Program-made: the position numbers and the translations under genes
DNA from: Paramecium tetraurelia
Taxonomy: Eukaryota
Direction of reading: 5' to 3'
Length of the DNA stretch: 64,000 nt
Assembly: GCA_000165425.1 (NCBI GenBank)
Contig: CT868668.1
Location: forward strand, 62,001-126,000
Part shown: piece by piece, positions 26,275 through 38,320 of the stretch
How the letters are laid out: the number at the start of each line of letters is the position of its first letter
Numbering within the stretch: the first letter of the stretch is position 1
The notes under the pieces: generated by a model
Database searches by the model: none
What the model was told of the DNA's origin: nothing
The model's input: the letters and a program-made list of their open reading frames with translations, nothing else

Positions 26275-28122
26275 TCATTCTTCACCTGCACGATTTGATA
26301 ATTTAGATTTGCTCATATCTGTAATGATTCTGTGTGAATTGATTGAATGTTTCTTCTTTTTTTCTTTTTCTATTTCTAATAATTACTACTGTCTCTTCTC
26401 CTCTGCCTCCTTTCTTAATTATTCACTCATTTTGATTAAATGCTCTTTTTCCATCTAAATTTGTTAACTTTTCAAAAGATCTTATTTAATTCTCTATTCA
26501 AGTTACTCCTTTCTAAGTTCATCCAATTATTCGCGTCTTTGCAAATTATCTTGTTTATCTAATTCTTTAATAAAGGCTTAAGCTAGTTTTCTAGTTAATT
26601 CCTCCTATTTCTCTTTTTCAATTCTTTCACACTTAAACTTGGCTTGATCCAACTTTTTTAGTAGTTCCTTTTTATGTTACTCTGCTTAATATTCATTTCT
26701 AATTAAAACATCTTAAATCTTTCTATCTTTCTCTTAGAATTGCTTCTATTTTTCAAATTAATATAGTTTTTATTCCTCCTCCAGCTTTCTCTTTTTTAAT
26801 TGTAATTCCTATTGTTTTTTTTCATAATCTATCACTTTCTTTCTCATTTGTTCTTCATTTTATTTAATAACCTTATTTATTTCTTCCTATTTCATTTCTC
26901 CTTCTTTTTCTTTCTATTTTTTTTTCTCTTATAATTGATTTTCAAAAAATAGTCTTTGTTATTCAACATGTTTTTGTTTTTCCTCAAATTCTATTCTCTT
27001 TTTATTTAATTACTCTTCATTTAATCTTCTAACCTATTCTAATTTAGCTTCCTATTCTAATCTCTCTTGCTCTGCCTTCTCTAATCTTTTTAACCTTTCG
27101 TCCTCAAATTTTTATGATCTTCTTAAGTCTTTCTCTTAAAGTTCCTTTAATCTAATATCTTATATTTCTTATTAACGATTTAAAAATTATTCCCTATCTT
27201 GCTAAATCTTTTTTTATTTTTCAATTCTTTACTCTTCCTTAATTTTATTTTCTTCTTTTCTCTTTCTCTCTAATTCTTCTTCTCTTTATTTCCTTTTTTA
27301 ATCCTTAATTTTATATTATTCCTCTCTCTCTAATTAAATTCTCTTTTCATCTTCTTCCTTCTTTCTTCTTTCTTCTTCAAGTTATAATCTCTTTTTTTCT
27401 GCTTGCTCTTTTTACCATTATATTTTCAATTCTCTTTATTTCTCCTTTTCTTGAATTCTTTTTTCTTTCTCAGCATTATTTCTTGCCAACTCTTCCATTT
27501 TCTACTCTGAATTAATTATTTTTTCTATTTCTAATTCTTACCTTTTTCGGATGCTGCTTAACAGTTTCTCTCTTTTTTCAGCTAAAGATGAAGTGCTTCT
27601 GAAGACACTTGAATTTGACAACTAATTTGGCCATAATCCTTATGATTCTTCCTAAAGAATTTTTTGTCTCATCTGACGAACAACCTAAATCTTCAGTCGG
27701 CGTTTTTCCTCAAAATGATCGAATACCATTTATATAACATCCTCGTTTGCCAATTAGCCTTTAGAAAATCAATGTTGATTACCTGATGGATCTTTTTATT
27801 TTAGCATATGTCTAATCAGGTCTTTCCCCTTTTATATTAAATCCTCCTTCTTAAATCCTTCTCTTTTGCATGCATCCTTCATTCTAGGAGTGAATGAATT
27901 CGCATCAATGTCTTCTTCATCAAATTCCTCCTCTCTTTCCGGATTATCTTCTTATTGCTATCTATTATTTTGCTATTCTCTATTTTATTTTGATGGGAAA
28001 TTTTCTTGCTGTTTAGGATTTGAATTTTATTATTAACCATTTTTTTCATTCTCCTATTGTTCATTCTATTAATGTTCCTCTTCGGTTTCATTATGATTAT
28101 TTCCTTCTTAATTATTTTCCAT
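26275..28122 (-). CDS. E/K/Q/R-rich coiled-coil protein
   Basis: Acidic Q/N-rich N-terminus, then FTPRMKDACKREGFKKEDL...FDHFEEKRRLKIQVVRQMRQKI (loosely reminiscent of the SPRSLEAC motif of CCDC177-like proteins), then a long charged helix. Confidence 0.75.
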
Positions 28123-28363
28123 TTGTAATAATTATTAATTTTAATATTAATATTCCGTTTAGCAAAATCAAGTAGATATTTAATTTCAACTCCAATTAGA
28201 AAGAAGTAGTCTTTCTTATTAGAATATTTATTTTTTAGTTATTAGAATAAAAAGGATTATCGAATTAAGATATACAGCAGACACAGAGTCAATCGAAGAT
28301 ATACACATTCATTCATTAAAAATGTTAATAAAATTAATTTTATTCTTAATATAATATAAATAA

Positions 28364-28934
28364 ATGAATTAAAATTAAAACTTTTAAAGCAATTTGAACC
28401 TCTTTCCAGAAATTGGAACACACGGTGCTAGAGGAAAGGTAAGGATTATTAAATAAAATAGTAATATGGTGGAAACAACATTACAATGAGAGGTACTGAA
28501 ATTTTCGAAGGATTAACCACTGGAAGACCTTCTAAAAATATTATATAAGCTCATTTCAAAGTGTTAAGATTTTACAGAAAAGTGTGTCGATTGATTCCTT
28601 TTTTATTAAGAATACATGATATGGAAGTCACCTGTAATTCTTAATAAGCCATGGTTAATGTTGCTAATGTAATCAGAAAGAGAGCATACTTAAGGGATCC
28701 TGATGCTGTTGACAGATGGGTATTATACACTTTTTCATATTATAGGTGTATCGTGGATATGAATTACTCTATTAAGCTGAATGGCACATGTTGAATAGAG
28801 ATCATTTATTCCAATATTTTTCTAATCAAAACAGATCTGACGCAGGATATTCTTATTTAGAAAATTAAAAGCTTAAAGGAAAGAGCGAATTCTTAAAAGA
28901 TTTCTATATTGGAAACAAAACATATGAATATTGA
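28364..28934 (+). CDS. NDUFA6: NADH:ubiquinone oxidoreductase subunit A6 (B14, LYR family)
   Basis: KVLRFYRKVCRLIPFLLRIHDM...IRKRAYLRDPDAVDRWVYRGYELLYQAEWHMLNRDHLFQYF...KSEFLKDFYIG; two tiny introns. Confidence 0.85.
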
Positions 28935-29034
28935 CATCATATTCAGCTAATGAAATAATAGCAAAATTATACAAAACAAAATTATATAATTTTTTTAATT
29001 TTGCAATATTTTTTATTTTCTTACTCATAATATA

Positions 29035-30524
29035 TCAGGCATTAGCCTATGAATCTCCTTTTAACGTTTAATTCAATTATTCCATGCTCAAAAAACCTGA
29101 CTCAGATTCATTTTGTTATTGTTATTTTCCAGAACCTTGTTTTTCTTATCTCAGTTTATCAAGATTCAGTCTATGTGTATTTCCTGGGGTGTATTATGGA
29201 CTAGATTTCCTACTTCCTTAAGTAGGTTTTTGCTGAGAGAGTCTTATGGGTTTCTCTGGACTCCAATCCTAAAGTCCTTTAGTTTAGGGTTTTGATCTAT
29301 ATTAGGTAAGCTTTTGGTTCTAAAAGTCATCCAATTTATATCTTATTTAGATTTTTTAAATACCTAATATTTTATAGTCTTTTGGATATATTAGTAGATT
29401 CAGGTTCTAATTACTAAGGTTCTCTTTGTGATTACTAGTTTTTGAAATATTTTCTATAATTTGGGAAACCAGAGAGTCCTCTTTGATCACTAGAATATGA
29501 TGGTCGATCATAATCTCTAGTATGTCTTGGTTCTTATCTTAATGATTATTCTCTCTCATTTTAAAATAGATCTGAAATATATGATTACAAATCTCCTCTC
29601 ATTCTATTAGATTTGTGAGATCTTCTTTCACTTTCCCTCTCTTCATTTGGACTACTCTTGAATTACTACTATTATGTAACTGGTGGATTCTTTAGGAACT
29701 ACTATCCTTTGGTAGGTGATATCTAGACTTAAGACTCATTTATAAAGGATTATTTATTTTAATTAGCTGCAGTCAATCTACTAGTTTGTAATTGGGAACT
29801 GGATACATTTATATTTATTTTGCTTTTTTATAAGGCATTAGTGGAACCGTCTAAATAACTTACTTATTTCTTCTTATTTGAGATTTGGCTGTTTTCAGAT
29901 CCTTCAGCACTTTATTTTTATTACAATTTGTTTATCTATAATTCAGGTGCCTTTATTTCAGACTTCTTTTGTAAAATCTTATTGAAACATTCAGATTCAT
30001 TTTAGATTACATCAGTTTTCTCTTTTTATTACTGTTGAGTTCCTTAAACTAAAGTATCCAATTTCTCTTATAGTTATTCTAAATTATCACAATTTTGGAT
30101 AATGTTTAATATTTTTTTGTTCTTTTAGGCTTCTAATTATTTAATTCCCTCTTTATCTTTTTGTTCCAAAATACTTAATAATTCTAGTTTCTCTTCAATC
30201 ATTTATAACTTATGCTCATTTTATTTTGCTTAATATTCCCATTGTTCCCAACATTTGACAAAGTTATCCTCATTAAGGGTTGTATCTTTGAATACATTTG
30301 TTCTAAAGATAAGTGTAAATTTACAAGTCTAATCCTTTGGAATAATCTGCAAAATCTTCAATTGATAATGTTTCTTTTCCTTCTTTTTTTAAAGCCTTGA
30401 AGGCTTCAGAAGGATTCTTAAATTTGGAGGATAAATTCTTTTTCAAAGAACACCAAATTTTAAGAGTAGTCTAACAAGTTTCTATTTCCTCCTTTTATTT
30501 AATAAGCTGCTCTATTTCAGACAT
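29035..30524 (-). CDS. Hypothetical protein (degenerate EF-hand-like N-terminus, low-complexity Q/S/P-rich tail)
   Basis: MSEIEQLIKQKEEIETCQTTLKIWCSLKKNLSSKFKNPSEAFKALKKEGKETLSIEDF; codon-like throughout in code 6; ends GDSQANA*. Confidence 0.65.
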
Positions 30525-30587
30525 AAATTTTATTTTAAAATATTGTATAATTTGTGAATTGTCTTATATAATATATTTTATTAAAAA

Positions 30588-31530
30588 ATGCTAGACTATA
30601 TATTCCAAAACCATACAAAGACGATTTACAACAATTAAGAGTTGTAGTAAATTATAGAACAGGTGATGGAAATATAAAATCCCAATACGTTAATAAATCC
30701 CTAGATTACTGTGACTCCATAGAAATTCTTTAAAGTATTTTTTAAATGATATTTTGATAACCTCTTGGCTTTTTATAGATGATAAGTAACCTCCAGTTAA
30801 TATATATTTTATATTCCAGGATGGCATAAAGACCTTCCTTACTAAACCTTCAATTTAATGGAAATTTATTCCAAAATATGAAAGTAAAAATTAAAATAAG
30901 CACATCAGATTAAATTGAACCTGAATTAACTAATATGTATCATAAGAATAATAAACTCATTGATATTCTGCAAAAGCTATTAGCTGAGTTTAAACTAAAT
31001 TACCCATACTCTTAAAACAGTGATGCAAAAGATCCTGCGAAAATAGAATTAGAAAAAAGAATTTTAAAGTACACTAATAAAGTATTAATGATATAAATCA
31101 ATTTTAGATGGAAAAAGACTGGAAAGATGTAAAAGCGGTAGGAGATGAGCTAATAAAAGAATATATATCAGTTTAAGATTAAAGAGTGAAACTCAAACAA
31201 CTTAAGAGCTGTATAGCAGAATTGAATGATAAACTAACAAACGAGATTAAGTGCATGAGTTAATTTTAAGCCGATTATTCTTAAGAAGAAGTTAATGAAG
31301 ATAACATCCTTAAAATATTAGTTTTAGATTAAGCAGAAGATTAAATTTGCAACCTATAAGCAAACATACATGGAATACGCGACACATATAAATATACATA
31401 AAATCGAATGAAAACCAGTAGCAATGTAACTTTAGAGTGGGTTTGTTCAATTGTAAAGTAGTTGGCTGAATAGGAGTTTAATGATATACAATTATTAAAA
31501 AAGTGCAACGGATACTTTTACAATTAATGA
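30588..31530 (+). CDS. Divergent Vps23/TSG101-like ESCRT-I subunit (UEV-like domain, coiled coil, steadiness box)
   Basis: UEV-like PPVNIYFIFQDG..FLTKPSIQW...KLIDILQKLLAEFKLNYPY; central coiled coil; the C-terminal DQICNLQANIHGIRDTYKYTQNRMKTSSNVTLEWVCSIVKQLAEQEFNDIQLLKKC aligns by eye with the Vps23 core. Frame break near 30740. Confidence 0.55.
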
Positions 31531-31784
31531 ATTATGAAATCATTATTAAGAATTAAATAAGCATCTCTAACATAATCAAATTACTAATAAAAAATCTACT
31601 AAATTTCTTACAAATTGATAGCATTCCAAATTCCTTATAAATTATTGTATCATTTTTAAATTAATTAACCATATATGCATCTATCTACTTTGCAGGTAGA
31701 TTAGAGTGGTAAGTAATTATGTACCCATTCATATTATATAATTTATGTTTAAACTACAATTGAATATATTATAATATTATAATA

Positions 31785-32714
31785 ATGTTTTCAAAAAGTG
31801 ATCGAGTTTGTTTCTAGCCTACTTATAATCCTCCTGTTGGCTACTACGAAGTCAACCACTAACATTAGGCTAAAGGGGCTGACTTTTCGAAATCTATATC
31901 TAGAAATCTAGAGAGTAGACAAAGTGTGAGTCCTTAAAACTATAATAACAATCTACCAAAGATGTCATTAGCCAGTCCTTAGTTATCTGCTTATGCCAAA
32001 CCAGGTGAAAGATTGAAGATTGAATAGAAATATAAGAAACCAAAAGAGAGAAGCTACAGTTACTCTTAAAATCCAGACATATCAATTAACAACTTCGATA
32101 GGTTGCCCATCAAATAGAAAGGCAAGCGACTTAAGATCGTTTATCAAAAACATACTACAGATGTGGAAAATTCAATGGAAGAACCTAACTAATTATAAGT
32201 TTAGGGATATTACAATTCAAGATCTTAAACCCCTTTTACGGGATAGTCTAAAAGAAGGAAACCTAAAAGTATGGCTACTCATTATTATTATTGAGCACAT
32301 AGGAATATATTTTCTTTATTTCCTTCTGACAGTTTGGAATTGGCTTAGCAACGAGAAAAATTGAAGGATAAACCAATACCTCCTCCTGGGGCGTATTATA
32401 ATGAATTTAATGATTCCTCTATAAAGATTGAAAAAATACCTTGGAGATTTTAATGTTTCTCTTCAACAGTTAGGAGATTTAGTTAATAACAGTAAGATAC
32501 AGGTCCTAGTGTAGGTGCTTATGAACTCAAAACAAAATCAAAAGCCATAGGAGTTATATAACTTGATAAATATAGTAAAAGACAAGATAAATAGCTTAAT
32601 TTTCCTGGTGTAGGTACATATGATATTGAATAACCATTTACATAATCAAAACCTAAACAAAAGTAATAACAAGATTTTCCATGTCCATTTGGATCAAGTG
32701 GTAAGAGATTTTGA
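31785..32714 (+). CDS. STPG/SHIPPO-type PG-rich repeat protein (ciliary microtubule-associated family)
   Basis: Repeats NPPVGYYEV, PIPPPGAYYNE, GPSVGAYEL, FPGVGTYDI, several followed by F-S/G-x-x-x-R-type motifs (FSKSISR, FSSTVRRF, FGSSGKRF). Confidence 0.75.
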
Positions 32715-32742
32715 TTTAGAATATTATTATTATATTTATTAA

Positions 32743-34307
32743 ATGTCTAAATCATAAGTTCCTCCAGAAGTAAAAGCATATATTGATGAATACAAAATGG
32801 AGGATGTTATTAAAGATGCAGTGAATACAATCCTTTCTTAAAAGCCAGCTGACCCTTATACAACATTTTCACAATATTTTGGAAAAGTAACTGATTATAA
32901 TAAACACAGTTATCAACCCCTGTTATTGAATTAGAAGATATTTCTGGTTTAGAAATGTTAAATAATGAACTTAAGACAAGCATTCAATTGATTTTCACTG
33001 TCTAATTCAAAAATCAAAAATTACAATATAAATCTCCATTATAGTTTTCATAATCTTATCCAGAATAAGAAATATTTTAGTAATATATAGTGTTAATTTA
33101 AGCGATGATGAATAAAAAAATATGAAATAAGCAATCTAAGAAATAGAAAAGGTTTCTCATTAATTAAAAGGAATGAAATCAAAGGAATAAAAAGAAGTTG
33201 ATGAGATATTATTGAAATATCTTAGTGAACATCCAGTATAAAATCTCATCTATTTTAGAATCGTATTAATGTTATTCAATAAATTTCATTTAGTTTACTT
33301 CCTTTGCATGCTCACTTTATGAATTAAAGATTAACCTAATTGCTTCGTTAATAATTTAATACTTAAGAAATTAAAACTCCTAAACTCTTTGTGAATTTGC
33401 TTTAGGGTAGTAAAGTAGTTGCTTCTAAGTGCAAAATCTATAAGTTTTTATTAATATGTGAAGGAGAAGGTGCATTGTAAAAAATTTAGAATGTTGTTAA
33501 TAATGTCAAAAAAACTATTATTTCAGGCAAGAAAGGAGAAGCTGGTCTTCAATTCTATTAAGATGGTACTTTTATATGTCCTGGTGATACTATTCCAGAT
33601 AATTTAAAGATAATTGAATAAGCAATAGAGGCAGCTTAATTGAAAGATCATGTTTAACTTGGCTTAGTTTGGTTAGCTGAATTGTTTTATGTTCCTGAAG
33701 AAAAGAAATATGATTTAGACAATCCAAAGAAACTATTAGATGCAGATTAATTAATAGATTATTATTTCAAATTGTGTTAAGAAAAACCAATTATTGTATA
33801 TTTAGAAGATCCTATTCACCATACTGATATTGTCGGATGGACAAAAATTACCAATAAATTCAAAGATTCTAAAGTTAAATTAGGTAGTAGGAGATTATAT
33901 TCAAATATCGATAAAGCAAAGAAACATTGTGAAATATTGAGTTAATAAACCAATCCAGAATTAAGTGAGTAATAGATAACCCAGATGAATAATGAAAGAA
34001 TACATCTTGATTATATGTACAAACCTCTCTATGAATACAATACATTTACAGAATTATATAATCATTTAAGCTATTTAATTTCAAAAGTAACTTTATTTAT
34101 ATTATTATTAGAAATCTTCATTGCAAATAATTATAGGGGATTCTCTAGTTGATACTGAAGACTCGTATTTCGTTGATGTTGCTGTAAATTTATTCAATAA
34201 ATTAGTTTTCGCTTCCAAATTCTAATATTAATATTGGACCTCCCCTTAAATACGAAAAAATTATAAAATACAATAAATTTTTAAAATTATGCCATGAAAG
34301 TGATTGA
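32743..34307 (+). CDS. Enolase-like protein (ENO4-like probable pseudoenzyme) with N-terminal RIIa/Dpy-30-like domain
   Basis: N-terminal AYIDEYKMEDVIKDAVNTILSQKPADPYTTFSQYF; enolase-fold motifs KIIEQAIEAAQLKDHVQLGL, KYDL..DQLIDYY..PIIVYLEDPIHHTDIVGWTKIT, VDTEDSYFVDVA, IGPPLKYEKIIKYNKFL; several tiny introns. Confidence 0.8.
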
Positions 34308-34348
34308 TACATTTTTAAATAGAAAAATATATATAAACTAAAAACAAA

Positions 34349-35177
34349 TCATGATAAAGATCTTAGAGTTTGCATAGTAAAGTATTAGTTTTCCATTATT
34401 TTCTTGTGGAACAACTTAAATGTACCAATACTACATTTAGCTTATTGTGCAATCACTGTAGATAGAATGCCTCCTCGGCTTGCAAAAATGATGTCTCCAC
34501 TATATTTGACTATAGCAGCTGCAATCACATTTTCATGCTCTCCTTGGATTAGATTTTTCTGTTGGATTTTATTAAATACTTGGATACAGTAATTAATAAA
34601 TCTGTCGTTAAGTCCCAAGTTGGTTGATATTGATTTTATAAATGCTTAAACAACCGATTCTAATTTGTAATTGTTGTGTATTTTGAGTAATATTTTTTTA
34701 ATTAATTTTTCTGGAACTGAAAATTTAGCTAGAATTTCTCTCTAAGTCAATGGAATGCTTGTTTATTTAATGGCGGCAATCAAACCTGCAATAGCAATGG
34801 CAATAGCAGTGTATTTTTTTTATTTGAGTTCAGATAGTAAATCAGGTTATAAGAGTTGTAATGCAATTTTTAATAGATCTTCCTTTAATCCCAAAAGAAA
34901 TATTTAGTTTTTCATTTCTTCAACAATTGCTGATAGTTTTTTGCGATCAACATTTTATTCCTGATTGTCATCTGAAGAAGTGTCAGAATTATTATCTAAC
35001 ATTGTTGAATAGCAATTAGTAACTTCAACTTACTTCTCATTTGGAAGTATTTCGATAGGATTAGTTTCAAACTCATTCAAATTAAATTTAGGAACTGGTG
35101 GTGCTATGGTTCTCCTTTTAATGTTCATTCTAGAAGTGAGTGTTAAATAAATAATTCAAGCTTCGAATTTACTCCAT
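34349..35177 (-). CDS. TFIIB-related protein (two cyclin-fold repeats, no zinc ribbon)
   Basis: Repeat 1 AIAIAGLIAAIKQTSIPLTQREILAKFSVPEKLIKKILLKI; repeat 2 FIKSISTNLGLNDRFINYCIQVFNKIQQKNLIQGEHENVIAAAIVKYS..IAQQAKCSIGTFKLFHKKI. Both match the TFIIB core pattern by eye; reads without an intron in code 6. Confidence 0.6.
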
Positions 35178-35618
35178 TTTATATAAATTAACTCAAACTT
35201 AGTCAAATTTATCTCACTCTGTAGTCTTGGAAATATAAATTTAAGTTTAAATTTCGAGCTTTAAAAGGAGAACCAAGTATTTCAAATCAGTTCAATGACT
35301 ATTGTTTCTTATAATTTATATATATGAAAATAAAGAGCAAATTAAATCTATATTGAATTAAAACCAGTTGATTTCAATTCCCTAAGCTTACTTACAATAT
35401 TAAGTAAGTTTAAATAGAACACAATAGCTCACAAAGTCATATTTGAGGTTCTATTGAATTTCTTAATTATATATAATATTTTGAATGTTATGTGGAGATA
35501 CATTGCTTAGAAAATCAATGAATTAGCTTTCTTGCAATCATTGATTATTGCGGACAGTTTAAAAATTGTTTGAATAATTATGGCATCTATTTATATTAGT
35601 TACTAAATTTAATAATAA

Positions 35619-36622
35619 ATGAGTGTGTAATTGAATGATAGGCATATTACATAATTGGAAGAATTAGAATCATTAAAAGGAAAACTACAATGTCCGTCCT
35701 ATAGATCTCGTAACCTTTCATCAGATAGATAGTATACTCCCTCGTTGACTAATGATTTCAGAAGCACAAGAAATAGCGATTAATAGAAGGATTCTTAATC
35801 GGTAGAAAAATGTATTTTTAACTGTATTATGGCTAGTCATGAATCTCAAACAGTAAAATTAGAATGTTGATTATCTATCTCAATTATGGAAACAACAAAA
35901 GCAGTCCATTTCGCTAACTTAAAGTTTACAATCACAAAATGCTATATGTACATTTGTTATATTTATAAAATTAGCAGAAAAATAAGAAATCGATCAGTAA
36001 ATTCCTAAATATACTCATTAAGTGATTGAGGAGGAAGAGAATTTGGTTACTGAATAAGATGCCAATAAAATCAAAGTAGTTTAGGCAGTCAACAATGTGA
36101 GAGTGAATGGAAAATTTCCCACTACAACAAAATAAGGGGGTTAAAAGAAAAGTTAATAATAAGCTCAGAACCTCCAGACAAGTAATAACCAAGGGTAAAA
36201 CAAAAAAACTAATAGTAATATTAATAATAATAACATTCGTCCTTAAACCACAAAATCTTAAGTTCAAGTACCTCAAACACCATAAACTCAAAAGAGAACT
36301 GTTTAAAAAAGTAACACCAAGTCCTTCTAAGATCAGACTTTAGATAGTATATGTTTCAAATAACATAGTTCCACAAACACCTTCATAAAAATTGAAATAA
36401 AGTTCCTTATTAGAAAAAACTAGATAGGGAAAGGTAAACCAGGCTATTGGCAAAGTGATGACCAAAAAGGAATCTGAAGAGGACGATAAAAATTTAGTCT
36501 TTTAATTACAGAGACTAAAAGAGAGTGTGACAAAGCTATACAGTGGTAGGTTTGAGAATAAGATGGCACATTCTTCATAATTTATTGAATAGTAATTATT
36601 ATCATTAACTTAGAAATTTTGA
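35619..36622 (+). CDS. Hypothetical low-complexity protein
   Basis: MSVQLNDRHITQLEELESLKGKLQCPSYRSRNLSSDRQYTPSL; two tiny introns; ends LVFQLQRLKESVTKLYSGRFENKMAHSSQFIEQQLLSLTQKF*. Confidence 0.6.
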
Positions 36623-36850
36623 TTAAATAATAAATGCACTGAAATTGGATTTTAGATGCCATGAAAGTGATATGTGAAAAATTATATATCATTCAATATC
36701 TTTGATTAAACTATAATAAATTTAATAAAAGTTTGTAAATATTAATTATTCATTGATTAAAATATTTTATCATTTTTGATATTAGTCAACGTACTTTCAG
36801 AGAATAATAAATTAAGTGTGTATAATAATTATAATTAAGAATAATTTAAA

Positions 36851-38320
36851 ATGAAATCTCTGAGAATAAACAATCAATATATAATGTCTAGAAAAATTGC
36901 TTCAGGTGCATTCGGGTTTGTGATGCTTGGGTTTGATCAAAAAACAGGACAGTAAGTAGCCATAAAAATTGAAAAACCTGAAAATGAGCATCTCAGGTCC
37001 TTGGAAAAAGAAGCAGATATAATACGGAGATTGGAAGGGGTTCAAGGAGTGCCTAAAATCCTATATTTTGGCAAATAGGATGACTTTAATGTTTTGGTTT
37101 TGCAACTTCTTTCTAAAGATTTGTCTTCTTTGATAAAAAAATAAAAGAAATTTAGCCTCAAAAACCTGTTTTATAGATTGGGATTAAATTAGTTGAAATA
37201 TTGGATGACATTCATTAAAAGGGAGTATTGCACAGAGATTTAAAACCAGAAAATATTATGATTGATGAAAATAATAGATTCTACATTATTGATTTTGGCA
37301 TTAGTAAGGCATTTATGCGTAAAAATGGAGCCCATTTGTAAAATATTAAAGTAATTAGACCTTTCAAAGATCGATAACCCTTTATTGGAACTTCTCGTTA
37401 TGCTTCGATTGCAGCCCATAAAGGAAATGAACTAGGAAGGAAGGACGATTTGGAATCTTTAATTTACATCTTATTGTACTTTATTATTGGGTAAAAATGA
37501 AGATTTTCATTGTTTCAGTAATTTACCATGGCAAAACATGAAGCAAATTCCAGGTGACTAAAAAGTACTATAAGTTGGTGAACTTAAGTAAAAACTGACT
37601 CTTGAATTGTTTAAGAATTTACCTGAAGAACTGAAAAAAATATATGAGTAATATTTTGATAATATAAAGATATCTGCGTAAACTCACGTATGCCACAGAA
37701 CCAGATTATAAATCAATTGTTAAATTATTTTAATAAGCTGCGAAAAATGGCAAAATAGTAATTGATTCAATGTATGATTGGGATATCCAAAACACTGCTC
37801 AAACAGAAATGTTTTCTCGTTATGGAACAATTTAATTTGATGATAATTTCTTGATTGATCAATATCTATCAAATTAATAAATGTAAAAATTCTATCATTT
37901 TATAGTAATGTGAAATAACATCATATTAATCCTAATAAGAGAAAAACCTTTTGTCCATCTCTAATTAAATAAACCTTTAATGAAAACATTATTTAAATGG
38001 TCAAAGATTCAAGTAGATAAAGTAATGGTAGTAATAGTGCCATGGGGAATATAGAAGAAATGTACCAATTATCAAAGGATGAAATAAGCGAAGACTCTCA
38101 ATAAATAATCCCAGAAGAAGGCTAATAGGATTTAAGTTTAAGAGTTAAAACGTTGCCTGATTATTTGAAAAAGCCTAAGATCAAATAAAGACAAAATCAA
38201 ACCCTCGTTTTTGATGACGATTGGGTAATTGACTCAGGTACACATTTAGTGGATAATTATAAAAAATTATAATCTTTGAGTAATCAAATGACTGCTGTTT
38301 TTCATCATAAATAAAAGTGA
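36851..38320 (+). CDS. Casein kinase 1 family Ser/Thr kinase
   Basis: [67 protein letters not shown]; frame break near 37160-37167. Confidence 0.9.

Noticed and set aside
26300..27560. Strong T/C strand skew with quasi-repeats (also A/G skew at 55800-61400)
   Set aside because: Explained by E/K/Q/R-rich coiled-coil coding; not a satellite or array.
30735..30756. Possible non-canonical GT..TG 22-nt intron in the Vps23-like gene
   Set aside because: A single extra T in the T6 run, or a dropped A in the acceptor, explains the frame equally well and fits the indel pattern seen elsewhere.
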